61,000 nt of DNA from Promethearchaeota archaeon (GCA_048938445.1 JBHLME010000007.1:1-61000); one strand, 5' to 3'. Shown: positions 38,754 through 49,949, numbered from the stretch's first letter. The notes: generated by a model not told the origin, from the letters alone. A program made the numbers and translations.

Positions 38754-40199
38754 TTGCGTGTATTACTCATAATGCCAGATTATCCTGATAACAATGGATT
38801 TGGACCCCAAGCAAGTATAATTCTCCCTCCTTTGGGATTAGAATATTTGGCAGCGAATATTGAGGATATTGCTGACGTTTGTATACTTGACGAGCGTTTA
38901 AAAGATACAAATTTAAAAAGCATAGAAAATAAAATCGATACTTTTAAACCAGACTACGTGGGTATTAGTAGTAATTATAGTTTTCAGATTTATAAAGCTC
39001 TTAAAATTGCCAAAATTGCTAAAGAGCATGGTTCTCAAACGATTCTTGGAGGATGGCATCCTACATTAGCTTTTAGTGAAACACTTAATTCTGAATTTGT
39101 CGATATCGTTGTTAGAGGTGAGGGGGAAAACACTTTACGAGAATTGATAAAAAACAATAGTCCAATTGGTATTAAAGGATTATCTTATAAAAATAATGGA
39201 AAACAGATTCATAATCCAGATCGTGAGCTGATGAATTTAAAGAATCTTAAATTTCCCGCTCGTCACTTACGTTCAAAAGAAGCAAAAAGAGCATACAACT
39301 TTTTTGGCATTCCCGTTGAAAGTATCGAAACAAGTAGAGGTTGCCCATTTTCTTGTAATTTTTGTTGTATTCACCATTTTTATAAAGAATCATATAGACA
39401 AAGAAGAATTCAAGAAATTATATTAGAATTAAAATTAGTAGATATCAAAAATCGGGCAAGTATAATATACATTGTTGATGATAATTTCGTTGTGAATAAA
39501 AAATTCACATTGGACTTGTGCGATGCTCTTATTAAATATGGAATTAATAAATATTTCATGTCTCAAGCTCGAGTTGATATGGTTGTAAATCATCCTGTAA
39601 TATTTAAAAAAATGGCAGATGCAGGATTTATTTTCCTATTTTTAGGACTAGAAAGTTTTTCCGACAGAACTTTAATAAAATTAAACAAGCGAATAAAATT
39701 TGAGGAAATAAAATCAGCGATCAAGATTCTTCATGATTTGGGTTACATTATTCAGGGTAACGTTATATTAGCTGCAGATTTACAGGATAGAGAACAAGAT
39801 CTCAAATCTACCATTGAAATCGCAAGTACATTAGACGTAGATATACCCACCTTTTCTTTATTGACTCCATTTCCTGGTACTAAATTAATGGAGCAAGTCA
39901 TAGAAGAAGATCTCTTGCTCACGAGGGATTGGCGGAAATTTAATTGGACCGCCCCTACAATTAAATATCAACATTTATCCCCAGATGATTTAAATATTTA
40001 TTTGAAGAAAGCTTATAAAGAAGTTGGATTCCATCCTAAAGAAGGATTTAAACGTCTCATTCAAATTAGGGGGTTGAAATTTCACATAAAACGTACGATA
40101 AATCAGGCCATGTTTACAGGTATTACAATGATGATAAAAACATTAGCACAAGAACTTAGCAATATGTTTAATAAGAATTCTAATAAAAAATTAGATTAA
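38754..40199 (+). CDS. Cobalamin-dependent radical SAM protein
   Basis: PPLGLEYLAA, GGWHPT, RGEGE, SRGCPFSCNFC, VDDNF, ARVD, GLES, TPFPGT. Confidence 0.92.
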   Translation: MRVLLIMPDYPDNNGFGPQASIILPPLGLEYLAANIEDIADVCILDERLKDTNLKSIENKIDTFKPDYVGISSNYSFQIYKALKIAKIAKEHGSQTILGGWHPTLAFSETLNSEFVDIVVRGEGENTLRELIKNNSPIGIKGLSYKNNGKQIHNPDRELMNLKNLKFPARHLRSKEAKRAYNFFGIPVESIETSRGCPFSCNFCCIHHFYKESYRQRRIQEIILELKLVDIKNRASIIYIVDDNFVVNKKFTLDLCDALIKYGINKYFMSQARVDMVVNHPVIFKKMADAGFIFLFLGLESFSDRTLIKLNKRIKFEEIKSAIKILHDLGYIIQGNVILAADLQDREQDLKSTIEIASTLDVDIPTFSLLTPFPGTKLMEQVIEEDLLLTRDWRKFNWTAPTIKYQHLSPDDLNIYLKKAYKEVGFHPKEGFKRLIQIRGLKFHIKRTINQAMFTGITMMIKTLAQELSNMFNKNSNKKLD

Positions 40200-40250
40200 T
40201 AATTCAGAACTTATATTTATCCTTTTTCACTTACATAGAATAATTTCATT

Positions 40251-41711
40251 TTAAGTAGTTAGGAACATGTTCGCAGTGCTCAATAATAAAATCAAATTAG
40301 CTACCTTAATTGATAACGAAGACAAACTTTTGGTATCATAATTAATTACATTATAATAATAAGAAGTTTTAGTGTGCTTGAAAGAATTTACAACCTCTGG
40401 AAATGAAGTATATTTTAATTTTATTCCAAATTTTTCGGGTGATTCATGAGCTGGAGAACCTGGAAAAATATAAAAGGGTTCGTTCATCATCGTTACTGGT
40501 GTAGAATGGGATGTCCCATATTTTAAACCACATTTTATCGCATATTGATAATCCTTAAGGACGTCAACACGTTTTTGGAATGGAAAACCAATGGTAAGCC
40601 AAATCCTCAAGATTCTATTATATAGGCTAGAATTTTTGATTAAATCATTTATTTGATTTTTAGGAAATTTAAATGTTGGGTCACATATTTTTCGTATTTT
40701 ATATTGAGCTCTTTCTGAAGTTGTTCTAGGAGAAATGCTAACAGATGAATATTTACGTCGAAATGTCTTAGAAAAAATCTCCCACATATCTCTAGGGAAA
40801 GGCAATCGCCAAATTTCTAGATCAGCGGCAATATCTATCTTTTCTTCCTTAATCAGGCTGAAAATTTGTTTCCAGTATTTAAATGTTCCAGGATACGTGC
40901 CATGACCAAAAAAAATACTCGGTATTTTGTAATTATCATTAATTTCTCTGATATCTTCAACCACTTTTTCTGGACTCCTAAGGATTACTTTATTTCGAGC
41001 CGAATTTCTTATTTGAGCTCTTTGTCCTCCACCACAATATGGACAATTAAATGGACATCCCCTTCCTATAGGAAGATTGAGAGAAATTCCCATGAGTCTT
41101 CTACTACATTCAAGATATTGTTGAGCATTATGAAGAAGTGATACATTCACGAAATTCAAATCATCCAAGTTCTTAGCAACATAACTGATTGGATTAACCT
41201 TTATATGATTAGAGGAATTTCTATAAGATAAATTAGGAACAGAATCAAAAGGTTGGTTTTTTTTAAAGTTTTGAATATAATTTAATAAGGGAATTTCACC
41301 TTCTCCCTTAATAACGCCATCAACATTCTTATAATATTTTAGAATTTGTTCATGATAATATGAAGCGCTAAAACCTCCAAGAATAACTCTTGCATTGGGA
41401 TTAACCTCTTTCACTATTTTAGCAACTTCAATAGCGCCATGTGCATTATGAATCCAATGTAAATCTATTCCACATGTATCAAAATCAATAGTTTTTAGAT
41501 AATCAGCTAAAGACCAATTATGATTTAAATAATCCTCTAAAGGATAATTCAGCATTTTTACTCCAAATCCCTCTCTTTCAATCAAATCTGCAATTGCGAA
41601 AACACCCATAGGAATAAAAATGTATGAGCCTCGTTTAAATCTATTATTTTTGCCTTTATAAGGATTGATCTCCCTTGGTGGATGAATAAAAATTATGTCG
41701 TAATGTTTCAC
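40251..41711 (-). CDS. Cobalamin-dependent radical SAM protein (Ta0216-like subfamily)
   Basis: FIHPP, PMG, GIDLHWIHNAHGA, GGFSAS, GEGEIPL, GRGCPFNCPYCGG, PGSP. Confidence 0.88.
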   Translation of the reverse strand: MKHYDIIFIHPPREINPYKGKNNRFKRGSYIFIPMGVFAIADLIEREGFGVKMLNYPLEDYLNHNWSLADYLKTIDFDTCGIDLHWIHNAHGAIEVAKIVKEVNPNARVILGGFSASYYHEQILKYYKNVDGVIKGEGEIPLLNYIQNFKKNQPFDSVPNLSYRNSSNHIKVNPISYVAKNLDDLNFVNVSLLHNAQQYLECSRRLMGISLNLPIGRGCPFNCPYCGGGQRAQIRNSARNKVILRSPEKVVEDIREINDNYKIPSIFFGHGTYPGTFKYWKQIFSLIKEEKIDIAADLEIWRLPFPRDMWEIFSKTFRRKYSSVSISPRTTSERAQYKIRKICDPTFKFPKNQINDLIKNSSLYNRILRIWLTIGFPFQKRVDVLKDYQYAIKCGLKYGTSHSTPVTMMNEPFYIFPGSPAHESPEKFGIKLKYTSFPEVVNSFKHTKTSYYYNVINYDTKSLSSLSIKVANLILLLSTANMFLTT

Positions 41712-41904
41712 CGTGGCTAACCAAATTTTTAATTATGAATAAATTTTTATATATCTGCAATTTAAGAACTATTAAATATCTATGTTTTAATTATTTTTAG
41801 ATATTATTTTAATTGGTTATGGGTTAATTATAAATTAATAAAAAATTTAAGTAAGTATTATGATTATATCTTTAGATAAATAAAAAATAAAGAGAAAAAT
41901 TCAA

Positions 41905-42423
41905 GTGAGTAATATGGATTATAAATCAATGTTTTCTTGTCCTCGTTGCGGTTTAGTTGGAGCCATTTTTTTACTAAAAGTAGGTAAAACGGATATAGTT
42001 ATAAAGCAAAGATGCCCACGACATGGTGGCAGAGCTTTTAGAGTACCTTTGATGCATAAGGACCAATATATTGATCTAGTTCGTGATGCAGTTTTTCGTT
42101 GTTATAAATGCGGTCAAGAAGCAATGGTAAGTTTTATGAAACCTTCTGGACCTTGGGCTATAATCAAATGTTCTTGTCCTGTACATGGAAGAATGCCTGT
42201 TCAAAAAATTTGGAATCCGATTTATGCTGAAATCTCTCAGCTTTCTACAAACCTAGCACAACAACAAGATCAACTACAACCTGTTCAACCACAGCCCGCT
42301 CAACCACAGCCCGCTCAACCACAATCAACTGAAAGTAATTCAAAAAAGTTTTGTGCGGATTGTGGCGGCCCAATTCAAGATTCTGAGAATTATTGTGGCA
42401 CTTGTGGGGCAAAAATAGAATAA
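41905..42423 (+). CDS. Multi-zinc-finger protein (two C3H-type units, Gln/Pro linker, double zinc ribbon)
   Basis: CPRCG...CPRHG; CYKCG...CPVHG; QPAQPQ repeats; FCADCG...YCGTCG. Confidence 0.85.
   Translation: MSNMDYKSMFSCPRCGLVGAIFLLKVGKTDIVIKQRCPRHGGRAFRVPLMHKDQYIDLVRDAVFRCYKCGQEAMVSFMKPSGPWAIIKCSCPVHGRMPVQKIWNPIYAEISQLSTNLAQQQDQLQPVQPQPAQPQPAQPQSTESNSKKFCADCGGPIQDSENYCGTCGAKIE
42271..42323 (+). repeat. 15-bp in-frame tandem repeat (QPQPA)
   Basis: caaccacagcccgct occurs exactly at 42286 and 42301, with a degenerate copy at 42271 and a partial copy at 42316. Confidence 0.85.
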
Positions 42424-42958
42424 TGATTTAAATATTTATTTTTTTATATTTATTTTTTTTTAAAGTCATCGATCTAATTTATTTCACTGAATCTTAATTG
42501 TTTTTTAAGTTAATAATGCTGCAATTGATAAATTTAATAAAAAAAAAAATGATTGGAAAATTAATACTTCTTTTCTATTTAATTATTCATTATCATGAGA
42601 TTATAATAACACGACTTAATGAAATGGTAATAAACCATCATTATTACAATATCTTTAATTATTTAAATATTAAATAGATATGACAAGTATACTGTCTTCG
42701 AGAAAATATAAATAATTTCACTTTTATCATTTAAACTTTGTAATTTATAAACAAACTATTGAGAAAAATTTAAATCATTGCTTAAAAAATAAAAATTGAG
42801 TTAATTATTGATGAAATGAAGTTTTACTCGAGTTTTATTTGAAACGCCATAATATTTAAAATTGTTTTCACTTTTTTATAAATACTATATCATTTATTTT
42901 TTAATTAGATTGTATAAAGATTATAATACATTTTTGTCATAGAATTATTTGAAGAAAT

Positions 42959-44419
42959 ATGAAAACAATACTAATCTATCCTAAACTTGATTTCGTTGGT
43001 ACTCAAGTCCCTACACCTCCTTATTCCATTTTATTTATTGCTGATTATTTGGTTAAACGAAATATTGACGTAGAAGTTTTCGATTTAAGGTATGATTCAT
43101 TAAATAAAGTGATGGATGGGATTTCAAACAATGAACCAGAATACATTGGTGTTTCTGTAATGACAGGACCACAGATATATCATGCATTGGATGCTTGTAG
43201 TACCATAAAGAAAGAATTTAAAGATATAAAAATCGTATGGGGGGGGCTCCATTCAACTATTCTTCCAAATCAAACACTTCAAAATAAGTTAATAGACTTA
43301 TTAATTAGGGGTGAGGGTGAAAGACCTTATTATAACCTAGTAAGTGGTAAACCTTTAAGTCAAATAAAAAATCTTTCTTTAAGAAAAAACGGACAAATCT
43401 TTCATAATCCTAATAATGATTTATTAAATAGTTCGGAATTAAATGAACTATCAATTCCCTGGGATTTAATAAATCCAAGTCTTTATATAAGAAATGGTAA
43501 TTTTACTATCATAACCAGTCGTGGTTGTCCCTATAAATGTAGTTTTTGTTATAATACTTTATTGAATAATTATTGGAGAGGATGGAAATCTGAAAAAGTC
43601 ATTGAAGAACTCGATAAAGCTTTAGATTATGGTGCTAAAAATATAACGTTTTTTGATGATAATTTTTTTGCTAATTCAAAACGAATAAAACCACTTTTTA
43701 AATATTTTAAAACTAGTGATATAAAATGGAAGGCAGAACTGCGAGTTGATCGGTTAAATCATTCATTAGCTGAAGAAGCTAAAAAACATGGTTGTAGTCA
43801 AATGTTTTTTGGTGTAGAATCTGGTTCTCAAAAAGTTTTAAAATTATTAAATAAAAATATTTCTCTAATTGATATATTAAGAAGCGCAAAAATAACGCGT
43901 GATGTTAATATTTTTGCAGATTATAGTTGGATGATCGGTATACCGGGAGAATCCATCAAGGATGTAAAAAAAACTCTATCTTTAGTTAAAAAGGTGAGGG
44001 AGATTAATCCTGATAGTGAATTTTCGATTAAAATTTTGTTTCCTTATCCCAAAACCGAGATTTATGATCGAGCAATAAAAATGGGATTTAAATCTCCAAA
44101 AAACCTCCTCGGTTGGGCGAAAATAAGAAGAGAGAAAGCACCAAACTATTTAAAACATCAAAATTTCTTAGAAATGATTTCAATTACTAGTGCTCTCGTC
44201 GGTAGGAAACTATTTGAACAAGAAAATGCTCCAATTTTCAAATTAATTAGACATCCGGCAAATTTTCGGTGGAATAAAGAAGTTTTCAGTGCTGGATTTG
44301 AGAACTTATTTTTTAAAATATTTAGAAGAATTTTTGAAAAAGTAATAAGTAAGGGAAGTTCAATTGAATATGATCCTTTTAAAAGAGAGCTTGTCTCTGT
44401 AGATAAGAATAATAAATAA
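42959..44419 (+). CDS. Cobalamin-dependent radical SAM protein
   Basis: GVSVMTGPQ, WGGLH, RGEGE, SRGCPYKCSFC, DDNFF, RVD, GVESGS, GIPGE, PYPKT. Confidence 0.92.
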   Translation: MKTILIYPKLDFVGTQVPTPPYSILFIADYLVKRNIDVEVFDLRYDSLNKVMDGISNNEPEYIGVSVMTGPQIYHALDACSTIKKEFKDIKIVWGGLHSTILPNQTLQNKLIDLLIRGEGERPYYNLVSGKPLSQIKNLSLRKNGQIFHNPNNDLLNSSELNELSIPWDLINPSLYIRNGNFTIITSRGCPYKCSFCYNTLLNNYWRGWKSEKVIEELDKALDYGAKNITFFDDNFFANSKRIKPLFKYFKTSDIKWKAELRVDRLNHSLAEEAKKHGCSQMFFGVESGSQKVLKLLNKNISLIDILRSAKITRDVNIFADYSWMIGIPGESIKDVKKTLSLVKKVREINPDSEFSIKILFPYPKTEIYDRAIKMGFKSPKNLLGWAKIRREKAPNYLKHQNFLEMISITSALVGRKLFEQENAPIFKLIRHPANFRWNKEVFSAGFENLFFKIFRRIFEKVISKGSSIEYDPFKRELVSVDKNNK

Positions 44420-44504
44420 ATTTTTTATATCTTTTAAAGAATTATCGTTGTAAAAAAAAAAAAATGAAGTTTAATATTTTTATTTATTAATATAAACTGA
44501 GATT

Positions 44505-44987
44505 TTACATGACTGAGTCGCTCGTTGGAGGTTCAACATCAATTCTGCGCTCTTCTAGTAACTGTTTCATGAGATTTCCAAAAACACTTTTTCTTTGTTC
44601 ATAATCGCCTTTAGGTTCATTTTTATGAGGCTGGAGGACAAATTTCCATTTCTTCATCTTAATATTTCCATGTTTATCTGTGACTAATTGACCTTTTTTG
44701 CGCAGTTTTAATTCTACGATTAATACTCCTGGTTTTTTCTCAACAAAATTAAATATATCATGCCATCTTACCCATTTACTCTTTCCAGCAGAAATATACC
44801 CACTCCTCATAGGATTAAATTTTATTCTCCAAGAAATTCCATTTTCACCAGCTACAAAATAACCATATTCATTATCAAGCCTAACTTTTGAAGTAATTAT
44901 AGGATCTCCAACTGGATAAGTAGCCATCATTTTTTCAAACCTTTCTACACTATCTGAAGAAACTTCCCAATTTGGAATTATTGGCAA
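44505..44987 (-). CDS. Hypothetical protein, possibly PH-like fold
   Basis: 160-aa ORF with TTG start. The beta-rich pattern GYFVAGENGISW...VRWHDI...VLIVEL and a C-terminal helix recall PH-like domains. Confidence 0.6.
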   Translation of the reverse strand: MPIIPNWEVSSDSVERFEKMMATYPVGDPIITSKVRLDNEYGYFVAGENGISWRIKFNPMRSGYISAGKSKWVRWHDIFNFVEKKPGVLIVELKLRKKGQLVTDKHGNIKMKKWKFVLQPHKNEPKGDYEQRKSVFGNLMKQLLEERRIDVEPPTSDSVM

Positions 44988-45301
44988 TTTATATCACTTT
45001 TTTAATATAAGTAGATTTATTTTTTTTTTTCTTTTGTATTAAAGGATTTTATTAAATCACTTATAAGTTCAAGATCTATAAAAAAATTACTATTTTAATA
45101 CTAATAATATTATCATTTTTGTAAAATTAAGATTAATATCTTTAGTATGTTTGTTTATCCTAAATTTTAAAGTGAAAGGTATTATAATTTAAGGTTATAT
45201 GAAAAAATTTCATAAAATTTAAATTAAATTATTATTTTAATTACAAATTCATTATATCCTATTAAGATTAATAGTAATTTCATTTAATATTGGTTATTAA
45301 A

Positions 45302-46234
45302 ATGCCTGATATAATCTTTTCAATAGTATTTCCTTTAGTATTACTTGCTTTTCTTATTATTATATTCGTTAGTGGATTTTCAAAAACTGTTCCAGAACAA
45401 CAATTTATGAGCTTGGATGAATTTATCAAGGATTGGCTTAAGGATCACGGACAAGCTCATAAGTTGGATGAACAATTTGCAAAAATGAAAAAGGATCCGA
45501 GTGGCGCATTTTACATGCCTATAACATATAAAGGTGCTAAACTATTTATCAAATGGGGTTTGTCTGCTAATAAAGTATCGTTTATAAATCTAATAATGTC
45601 TTTTTTTATATTTTATGGAGTAATAATGGCTAGTGATGGGCATAATCTTGGATTATTATTTACAGTTCAACCATTATATGGATCATGGTTTATACTCCTT
45701 GCATTATTGGTTTTATTTACAGGAATAATCGACGGAATAGATGGAGCAATCGCCAGGTTATTGAATAAAAAGTCTAAAAGTGGTGCTTGGTTAGATAATG
45801 TTATTGATAGGGTAAGTGATATATTAATGTTAGTATGCTTAATTCCTTATGGTTTTTCAGGTCTACTTAATCTTGAGCTTAATTTTATTTTTATTTGCTT
45901 TGTCTGGACAAATATATTCATAATTTTTATTTACGAATATATGAGGGCAAGACATGAAGGCCTCGGTCTTCACGAAACAAAACCCTATCCTGGTGAAAGA
46001 ATAACCCGAGTTTTAGTTACGACTACATTTTTTCTTATTTACGGTATTTCAAGTTTCGTTGTTTTACTTACAATTTTGATTAATCCTTCTACTATTACAT
46101 TTTGGACAATTTCTCATTCATTTGTCGTCACTTGGATAATGTTAATTTTCCAAATCACGTTATTTGTCATTATGACGTCATCATCAATACTTCTTGGGAA
46201 ATATAGTTTCCAACAACTAAAAAAAATGGATTAA
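45302..46234 (+). CDS. CDP-alcohol phosphatidyltransferase family protein
   Basis: Signature DGIDGAIAR...S.SGAWLD..IDR.SD, plus AN.VS, Y.RAR.E and ER..R; multiple TM helices. ATG at 45302 (TTG at 45290). Confidence 0.93.
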   Translation: MPDIIFSIVFPLVLLAFLIIIFVSGFSKTVPEQQFMSLDEFIKDWLKDHGQAHKLDEQFAKMKKDPSGAFYMPITYKGAKLFIKWGLSANKVSFINLIMSFFIFYGVIMASDGHNLGLLFTVQPLYGSWFILLALLVLFTGIIDGIDGAIARLLNKKSKSGAWLDNVIDRVSDILMLVCLIPYGFSGLLNLELNFIFICFVWTNIFIIFIYEYMRARHEGLGLHETKPYPGERITRVLVTTTFFLIYGISSFVVLLTILINPSTITFWTISHSFVVTWIMLIFQITLFVIMTSSSILLGKYSFQQLKKMD

Positions 46235-46318
46235 AATCATTGAATATAAAAAAAACTTAATTATAGATTACTAAACAATAAATAAAAAAAGGTTTTTACT
46301 ATTAAGAAAATAAGATTA

Positions 46319-47665
46319 TTGTGTTATGGATTAGTATTATTGTCGTATTTTGTTTTATTACATTTATTTTTTCCATCATCTTGGCCATCAAGTATAAAAA
46401 ATGGGATTGATGCTTTATTTACTAATCCATTAGGTAACTGGTTAGGTATCATTCCATTTATCGGATTAATGGTAGTATTAATGCTTGTGATATATTATGG
46501 TATACATTTCCTCGCATCTTTTGGTTCTGGTTTTAATAGTAAAACAAATACCTTTCCAGAAATTAGTATATTAATTGCTTCTAAAAATGAAAAAATTTTA
46601 TTAGAAAGTACCTTGAATTCTATAATTCAATCTAATTATCCAAAGGAAAAGATTCAAATAATAGTAGTATTAAGTGGTCCTCAAGATGATTCAATAGAGT
46701 ATTGTCAAGAATTTACAGACGCTCAAACCACAATAGATATTAAAATTTTATCTGACGTACTTCCTAAAAAAGGCAAACCTCCTGCTTTAAATCATGGTCT
46801 AAAATATGCAAAAAATGAAATAATAATTCTATATGATTCAGGCTGCATTTTGCAACCAGACACGTTAAAAAATTTAGTAGCACCATTTCAAAAAAAAGAA
46901 ATCCATGCAGTTATCGGACCTGTTTTAGTCAAGAATTGGAAAAAAAACAAAATAACTAAAGGAATATTTCTCGATTATGGTATTGTTTCTGGTGGTGGAT
47001 TATTATTTGAAATTAAAAACAGGTTAGGATCCTCTGCTTATTCATTTGGACGAAATCTAGCAGTTAGTAAAAAAACTCTACTAAAATATGGTGGTTTTAA
47101 TGAAGATTCACTTACAGAAGATCTTTATCTATCCGTGCTTCTGAATTTAGATGGCATCATAATTCGTTATGCTCCTAAAGCAAAAGTATATGAATATGTA
47201 CCAGAAACTTGGGAAATTTTAAAAAAACAACGTACACGCTGGCTTGCTGGATATACAGCGGATGCGCCACAATTAATGTCTATGAAAAGTGAAATAAAAG
47301 ACGGAAAATTTATAATTATTTCAAGGAACCTGACAATGATGCTAATAGGTAATATAGATACATGGATGCCCATAGTTATTGGACTTGTTATATTACATTT
47401 CCTTATTGGAGATTATTACATGCTACTTTGGAGTCTTTCCTGTTTATTCTTTCAATTTGGATATTTGTTCAATTCAATTAGAAAATATTGCGATAAACAC
47501 TATAGTCTCTTGTTTTATTTCTTAGTTAGTGGTTATATTCATCTTTTCATGTTTTTACACCAATTTAAACTCCCAAAAGAATTAAGTTGGGAAAAAACAC
47601 CAATGTTATTAGAAAAACAAGAAGCAGAAATAATTGCTTTATCAACAATTACAACAACAAAATAA
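46319..47665 (+). CDS. GT2 glycosyltransferase, membrane-bound cellulose-synthase-like type
   Basis: ISILIASKNE, YP, GKPPALN.G, GGFNEDSLTED, QRTRW; N- and C-terminal TM helices. Confidence 0.9.
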   Translation: MCYGLVLLSYFVLLHLFFPSSWPSSIKNGIDALFTNPLGNWLGIIPFIGLMVVLMLVIYYGIHFLASFGSGFNSKTNTFPEISILIASKNEKILLESTLNSIIQSNYPKEKIQIIVVLSGPQDDSIEYCQEFTDAQTTIDIKILSDVLPKKGKPPALNHGLKYAKNEIIILYDSGCILQPDTLKNLVAPFQKKEIHAVIGPVLVKNWKKNKITKGIFLDYGIVSGGGLLFEIKNRLGSSAYSFGRNLAVSKKTLLKYGGFNEDSLTEDLYLSVLLNLDGIIIRYAPKAKVYEYVPETWEILKKQRTRWLAGYTADAPQLMSMKSEIKDGKFIIISRNLTMMLIGNIDTWMPIVIGLVILHFLIGDYYMLLWSLSCLFFQFGYLFNSIRKYCDKHYSLLFYFLVSGYIHLFMFLHQFKLPKELSWEKTPMLLEKQEAEIIALSTITTTK

Positions 47666-47759
47666 ATTTTGATTTTTAATTATAAGTAAGTTATCCTAAA
47701 TATTTATAAGATTAATTAAATCAATTTTATAGATTTTTTTTGCTTAAATTAACACCTAA

Positions 47760-48506
47760 TTATTTCTTTTTATCATATTTAGCGATTGCATTGATTGGAA
47801 ATTTAATATTCTTTTTCTTCATTATTAAAATGAGAAGACTAAATATAACAATAGCAACACTAATACTCAATATAAATTTAATAAAATCAATCCTTAAAAC
47901 ATTTATAAGAAATATAAACAATACGATAACTAAAACTGCGTTTAGAACCATTAAAATATGAATAAAATCACTTAAAAAGTTAGGTCTAATATAACGCCGC
48001 TTATTAATACCTTCAATTCCAAATTTTAAACCCATTATAATTAAGAAAGTAGCACTTACCAAAAATATTTCTGAGTATTGTGTAAAAAAGTTAGGAATGA
48101 TGTAATACATGGATGGGAATAGATTTTCTGAATATCTAATTTGACCATGAACAGATAAATGAAATAAAAATTGAGTAATTATCATCACATCCAATGTCAT
48201 AGCGCATATAGGTGTTGTTTTTTCTGGATTTGATTCAAGTATTCGAAGTATAAAAACAAAAGCATACAAAGAAAAAGATGCTAATGCCCAGTTTAAAAAC
48301 ATGAGAGTAATTGAAAATATTGTAAAAATAATCATTTCAATTGGAGGGATGGGATTAGTTTTTGGTATAAAGTTTGATAATACATTCAAAGGATCAAGAA
48401 AGTTCAATAACCATGAGAATCCATAAACTACAGTTAAAAATATCAATATGATAAAAAAAATAACTTGGAATCTAAAGACTATTCGATTTTTTGTTTTGCT
48501 ATTCAT
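47760..48506 (-). CDS. Hypothetical polytopic membrane protein (about 6 TM)
   Basis: 248-aa ORF dominated by hydrophobic helices. Confidence 0.7.
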   Translation of the reverse strand: MNSKTKNRIVFRFQVIFFIILIFLTVVYGFSWLLNFLDPLNVLSNFIPKTNPIPPIEMIIFTIFSITLMFLNWALASFSLYAFVFILRILESNPEKTTPICAMTLDVMIITQFLFHLSVHGQIRYSENLFPSMYYIIPNFFTQYSEIFLVSATFLIIMGLKFGIEGINKRRYIRPNFLSDFIHILMVLNAVLVIVLFIFLINVLRIDFIKFILSISVAIVIFSLLILIMKKKNIKFPINAIAKYDKKK

Positions 48507-48647
48507 TTCATCACGATATATAATAATAATTTATTTAATAAAATAGTAAATGAGTTAATATTATCTTTTAGAATGAATCAGTAAATTTTTCATTACTTTA
48601 TTAAATTTATTAATATTAATATTTTAAAAAATATAGAGTTTTTTAAA

Positions 48648-49949
48648 ATGTTTTTAAAATTTCATGATCTCTTACCAGAAGATTTAAAAAGAAAATTTTT
48701 TGATTTTGAACCAAGAATTTATGATGATGATAAATTTTGTAAAGATTTGGCAGACCAAATTAATTTATCATATAAAAATTGCGAATACTATCAAAAAAAG
48801 CTCTGCAATAAATTCAATTATAAAATTACTGATGAACTTAGTATTGATGATATAGCAACCATTCCCTATATTCCAACAGAAATCTATAAAAAGTCAGGAA
48901 ATCGAACACTGCACCTATTAAAATCACCTCTTGATGATATTGCCCTCTTCTCGTGTTCATCTTCCACATCTGGAGATCCATCGATAGTCCCACGTACCTT
49001 AGAAGATTTTATACAGATTCAATATAATTCAATTAAAGTTTTTTCAGAGTTTTTTCGATGGAAAGAGTTTAAAGATGGTACAAAAAGAAGCCTTGTTTTT
49101 AATTTTTCTCCAGACCGTTTATTTATGACATTAATGGCTAAAAGAAGTTCTAAAGGATTTGAGTATGTAGATAAAGTAAGATATTTTACCGCTTGTATGA
49201 ATAAACCATGGGAATACTACGGTTATGAAGAATATCTAATTAAATTTAAATATTTAAGAACACTCTGGGCGATTATTTCCACTTTTTCGATAAAAGGAGG
49301 TTTTGTGTTAGATGTTAGCAAAATGTTAAAAATTATTGATAATGTGTTAAAAACGGGATATTGGAAAGATACAGAGGTAAGTAAGTTTTTATTCGGAGGA
49401 AGTCCACTTTTAATGAATAACATGCTCACAAAACGATTATTAAAGGAAAATATAACCTATGACCTAGATGGATTATCTGTTGTTGGATGTGGTGGAGGAG
49501 GTTGGGACGGAGTAAAAGGAGAAGCTAAGATGGATACCGTTGAAAAAGTTTCTTTTATCAGTAAATATGAAAAGGTATTTAATATCAAATCAAAGGATAT
49601 AGCGGATATTTATGCCTTTACAGAAGGACCAACACTATTTGGTGGACATTGGTCAGAAAAATATCAAGATTTTTTATTGCATTGTCCTGATACAACTCGT
49701 ATAATTGTAAGAGACCTAAATAAATTAGAACCAATAGAAACAGGTGGAGAAGGTCTTTTAGAAGTAATTACTCCTTATGGTGTTAATGGTTCAATTAATC
49801 AAGCAGTTTTAGTTGATGACATCGTTGAACTGATATCAAAAACTAAATGTCCAGAATGTGGGTATCAAGGTGCCACATTCCGGATCTTAGGACGTTTGAA
49901 AAATGCTCAAGGAAAAAGTTGTTCATCGTTGATTAATTGGATTTATTAA
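48648..49949 (+). CDS. LuxE-like acyl-protein synthetase
   Basis: IPYIP...YK, SSSTSGDPS loop, GGGGWDG, DIYAFTE, IIVRD...LEP..G.EGLLE, DD.V, F.ILGR and C-terminal SCS. Confidence 0.8.
   Translation: MFLKFHDLLPEDLKRKFFDFEPRIYDDDKFCKDLADQINLSYKNCEYYQKKLCNKFNYKITDELSIDDIATIPYIPTEIYKKSGNRTLHLLKSPLDDIALFSCSSSTSGDPSIVPRTLEDFIQIQYNSIKVFSEFFRWKEFKDGTKRSLVFNFSPDRLFMTLMAKRSSKGFEYVDKVRYFTACMNKPWEYYGYEEYLIKFKYLRTLWAIISTFSIKGGFVLDVSKMLKIIDNVLKTGYWKDTEVSKFLFGGSPLLMNNMLTKRLLKENITYDLDGLSVVGCGGGGWDGVKGEAKMDTVEKVSFISKYEKVFNIKSKDIADIYAFTEGPTLFGGHWSEKYQDFLLHCPDTTRIIVRDLNKLEPIETGGEGLLEVITPYGVNGSINQAVLVDDIVELISKTKCPECGYQGATFRILGRLKNAQGKSCSSLINWIY

Noticed and set aside
42424-42958. 535-nt intergenic gap as possible ncRNA or CRISPR
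   Set aside because: Extremely AT-rich, with no repeat-spacer periodicity or GC-rich stem visible.
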